DNA of 37,067 nucleotides from Alphaproteobacteria bacterium (GTDB lineage Bacteria; Pseudomonadota; Alphaproteobacteria; Micavibrionales; Micavibrionaceae): NCBI GenBank assembly GCA_002701555.1, contig NZVS01000078.1, positions 1 to 37,067 of the forward strand, read 5' to 3'. Shown piece by piece: positions 35,443 to 37,067 of this stretch (position 1 is its first letter; each line of letters starts with the position of its first letter). The notes under the pieces were generated by a model. It saw only the letters and a program-made list of their open reading frames with translations, ran no database searches and was not told where the DNA came from. The position numbers and the translations under genes were made by a program.

Positions 35443-36000
35443 ATGACTCTTAAGCTTTCAAAATTCACACCGGAACAACAATTCCAGCTTAATGGGCTTT
35501 TTTACAAAATCGGTATTTGGATGTCGCATGCAGATGATGCGGGCGAAACAAACGATGCTTCAGATTTGGCAGAAGAGGCGCAGCTTTTCGATGTTTTGGA
35601 AAAAATGGCCAAAACTTATAAAGCGTTTCCCCTGATTATGGAGATGGCCGATAATGCCGTTTCACAGTCAGGTTACCATGAAAAATGGAAAACAGATTCA
35701 GATGGTGCTGTCGCTGAAGCGGCTATTGTCGCCGGTATGATAAAAACAATGGCTTCTAAAGATGAGCTTGCTGCCTTTAAAGGGGCTTGTATGCAGGTTG
35801 CGACCGATGTTGCAAAAGCTTATCAGGAAGACGAGTACCATACCGAAGTTAACCATGGCATGGACTATGACGTTTTGGTTGAAAAGGTAGCCAATTTTTT
35901 TGCGCGCATTTCCAATCGCAAGCTTTATGAAGAAATGAATATTTCTCCGGCTGAAGATAATGCGTTGTCAGAGCTTGCAAACGCATTACGTAACGTATAA
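35443..36000 (+). CDS. Orphan protein (185 aa), paralog of the previous gene
   Basis: See the paralog alignment in the previous feature. Starts 13 nt after the previous stop. Confidence 0.75.
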   Translation: MTLKLSKFTPEQQFQLNGLFYKIGIWMSHADDAGETNDASDLAEEAQLFDVLEKMAKTYKAFPLIMEMADNAVSQSGYHEKWKTDSDGAVAEAAIVAGMIKTMASKDELAAFKGACMQVATDVAKAYQEDEYHTEVNHGMDYDVLVEKVANFFARISNRKLYEEMNISPAEDNALSELANALRNV

Positions 36001-36005
36001 AAATT

Positions 36006-36027
36006 AAGCCCTGTAACGGGTTTTTTT
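36006..36027 (+). terminator. Weak putative rho-independent terminator
   Basis: AAGCCC, loop TGTAAC, GGGTTT, running into T7. The stem is short and includes a G-U pair. Confidence 0.35.
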
Positions 36028-36069
36028 AAAAAATAAACTCTCGAAAAATATAACGTATAAGGTACTTAC

Positions 36070-37067
36070 ATGTCTTCTTCGTCTTCTTCTGCTCCAAAAA
36101 CAAAAGATATTTCCATGTTTTTAAACGGGGTAAATGCTGAATATATCGCGCATTTATATGCGCAGTATAAGGTTAATGCCAATTTAGTAGATAAAAGTTG
36201 GAGTGATTTTTTCGGTGACTTGAATGACGACGAAGCAGCACTTTTACACGAGCTTAATGGAGCAAGCTGGACGCCATCTGAAAATAAGCGTGGCAACCGC
36301 AGTTTCGCTCACATGTCATCTGCCGATGACGCTGCAAGTGTGATGGAAAGCCAAACAGCGCCCGCAAATATTAATGCACCAAAAGGCCTTTCTACTGAAG
36401 AGCTACAAAGCATGGCCTCTGACTCAATTGCCGCTCTTATGCTTATCCGTGCTTACAGGGTGCGTGGTCACCTCATATCCCACCTGGATCCGCTGGAATT
36501 AAAGGAAACGAAAGATTACCCAGAGCTTGACCCCGGACATTATGGTTTTACCAGCAGTGATTATAACCGTGAAATATTTATTAACGGCGTTCTGGGGCGT
36601 GATTACGCAACGTTGAGCGAAATTCTAAATATTCTTCGTGAGACATATTGCGGAACCATAGGTGTTGAATTTATGCACCTGACAGACCCGGAAGAAAAGG
36701 CCTGGATTCAAAAGCGTATTGAGTCACCACGTAATCATACTGATTTCACTGAAAACGGCAAACGCGCCATTTTGCAAAGACTGACTGCGGCAGAAGGGCT
36801 GGAGAAGTTTTTAAACACCAAATACACAGGTACCAAACGCTTTGGTCTTGATGGGGGTGAGTCCCTGATCCCTGCAATTGAGCAGATCATGAAACGTGGT
36901 GGTCAGATGGGGTTAAAAGAAATTGTCATCGGCATGGCCCACCGTGGTCGCCTTAACGTATTGACAAATGTTATGGGTATGCCTTTTACCGCGCTTTTTG
37001 CACAGTTTCAGGGCAAACCTTCCAATCCCGATAATGTTCAAGGCTCCGGTGATGTGAAATACCATAT
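36070..37067 (+). CDS. sucA: 2-oxoglutarate dehydrogenase E1 component, N-terminal part (runs off window end)
   Basis: Frame 1 is open from the ATG at 36070 to the window end. It reads MSSSSSSAPKTKDISMFLNGVNAEYIAHLYAQYKVNANLVDKSWSDFF ... LIRAYRVRGHLISHLDPL ... CGTIGVEFMHL. AAGG lies 8 nt upstream. Absent from the ORF track because there is no stop in the window. Confidence 0.93.
   Translation, partial: MSSSSSSAPKTKDISMFLNGVNAEYIAHLYAQYKVNANLVDKSWSDFFGDLNDDEAALLHELNGASWTPSENKRGNRSFAHMSSADDAASVMESQTAPANINAPKGLSTEELQSMASDSIAALMLIRAYRVRGHLISHLDPLELKETKDYPELDPGHYGFTSSDYNREIFINGVLGRDYATLSEILNILRETYCGTIGVEFMHLTDPEEKAWIQKRIESPRNHTDFTENGKRAILQRLTAAEGLEKFLNTKYTGTKRFGLDGGESLIPAIEQIMKRGGQMGLKEIVIGMAHRGRLNVLTNVMGMPFTALFAQFQGKPSNPDNVQGSGDVKYH

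Noticed and set aside
19387-36069. Mobile-element hallmarks around the orphan regions (transposase, integrase, tRNA, IS inverted repeats, prophage structural genes)
   Set aside because: None could be recognised by eye in any frame, so no mobile_element feature is reported. Short direct repeats at junctions cannot be excluded without a computational repeat search.
36066-36296. 76-aa minus-strand ORF
   Set aside because: It is antisense to the unmistakable N-terminus of sucA.

Overview
This is an AT-rich chromosomal window that looks alphaproteobacterial: scpA-scpB-tatA-tatB-tatC-zapE synteny, an alpha-type SspB, a TIGR02300 zinc-ribbon/acidic protein and a DUF2336-like protein. All family calls come from motifs read by eye; no search was run.

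Positions 1-19.4 kb are ordinary housekeeping. They hold a thiolase plus hydroxyacyl-CoA dehydrogenase fragment, an acyltransferase-3/SGNH protein, glmS, a GNAT, glmU, a secreted MsrB, a DUF3108-like protein, a FemAB-like protein, sspB, a DMT transporter, a secreted sphingomyelinase-like EEP enzyme, a methyltransferase, scpAB, tatABC, zapE and DUF2336.

From 19.4 kb onward the TCA locus (zapE ... sucC, sucD, sucA) is broken at three points by about 14 kb of orphan genes. I found no transposase, integrase, tRNA or CRISPR.

- Between DUF2336 and sucC: a tandem paralog pair (19466-21887) and a four-gene minus-strand cluster (21941-26242). The cluster encodes a GH108 muramidase, an M23 endopeptidase and two orphan proteins, none with a signal peptide.
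- Between sucC and sucD, which are normally contiguous: an SLT-type lytic transglycosylase with unknown N- and C-terminal extensions, plus a 145-aa orphan.
- Between sucD and sucA: a translationally coupled pair of large paralogs (850 and 509 aa), divergent from a pair of small paralogs (190 and 185 aa).

The best candidate for an undescribed system is this dispersed set, which has two defining features. It contains three peptidoglycan-cleaving enzymes with different bond specificities, accompanied by duplicated orphan proteins. Six of its transcription units have a sigma70-like -10 hexamer only 6-9 nt upstream of the ATG and no Shine-Dalgarno. That predicts leaderless mRNAs, whereas the housekeeping genes checked (thiolase, the TIGR02300 gene, tatA, sucC, sucD, sucA) have clear SD sequences.
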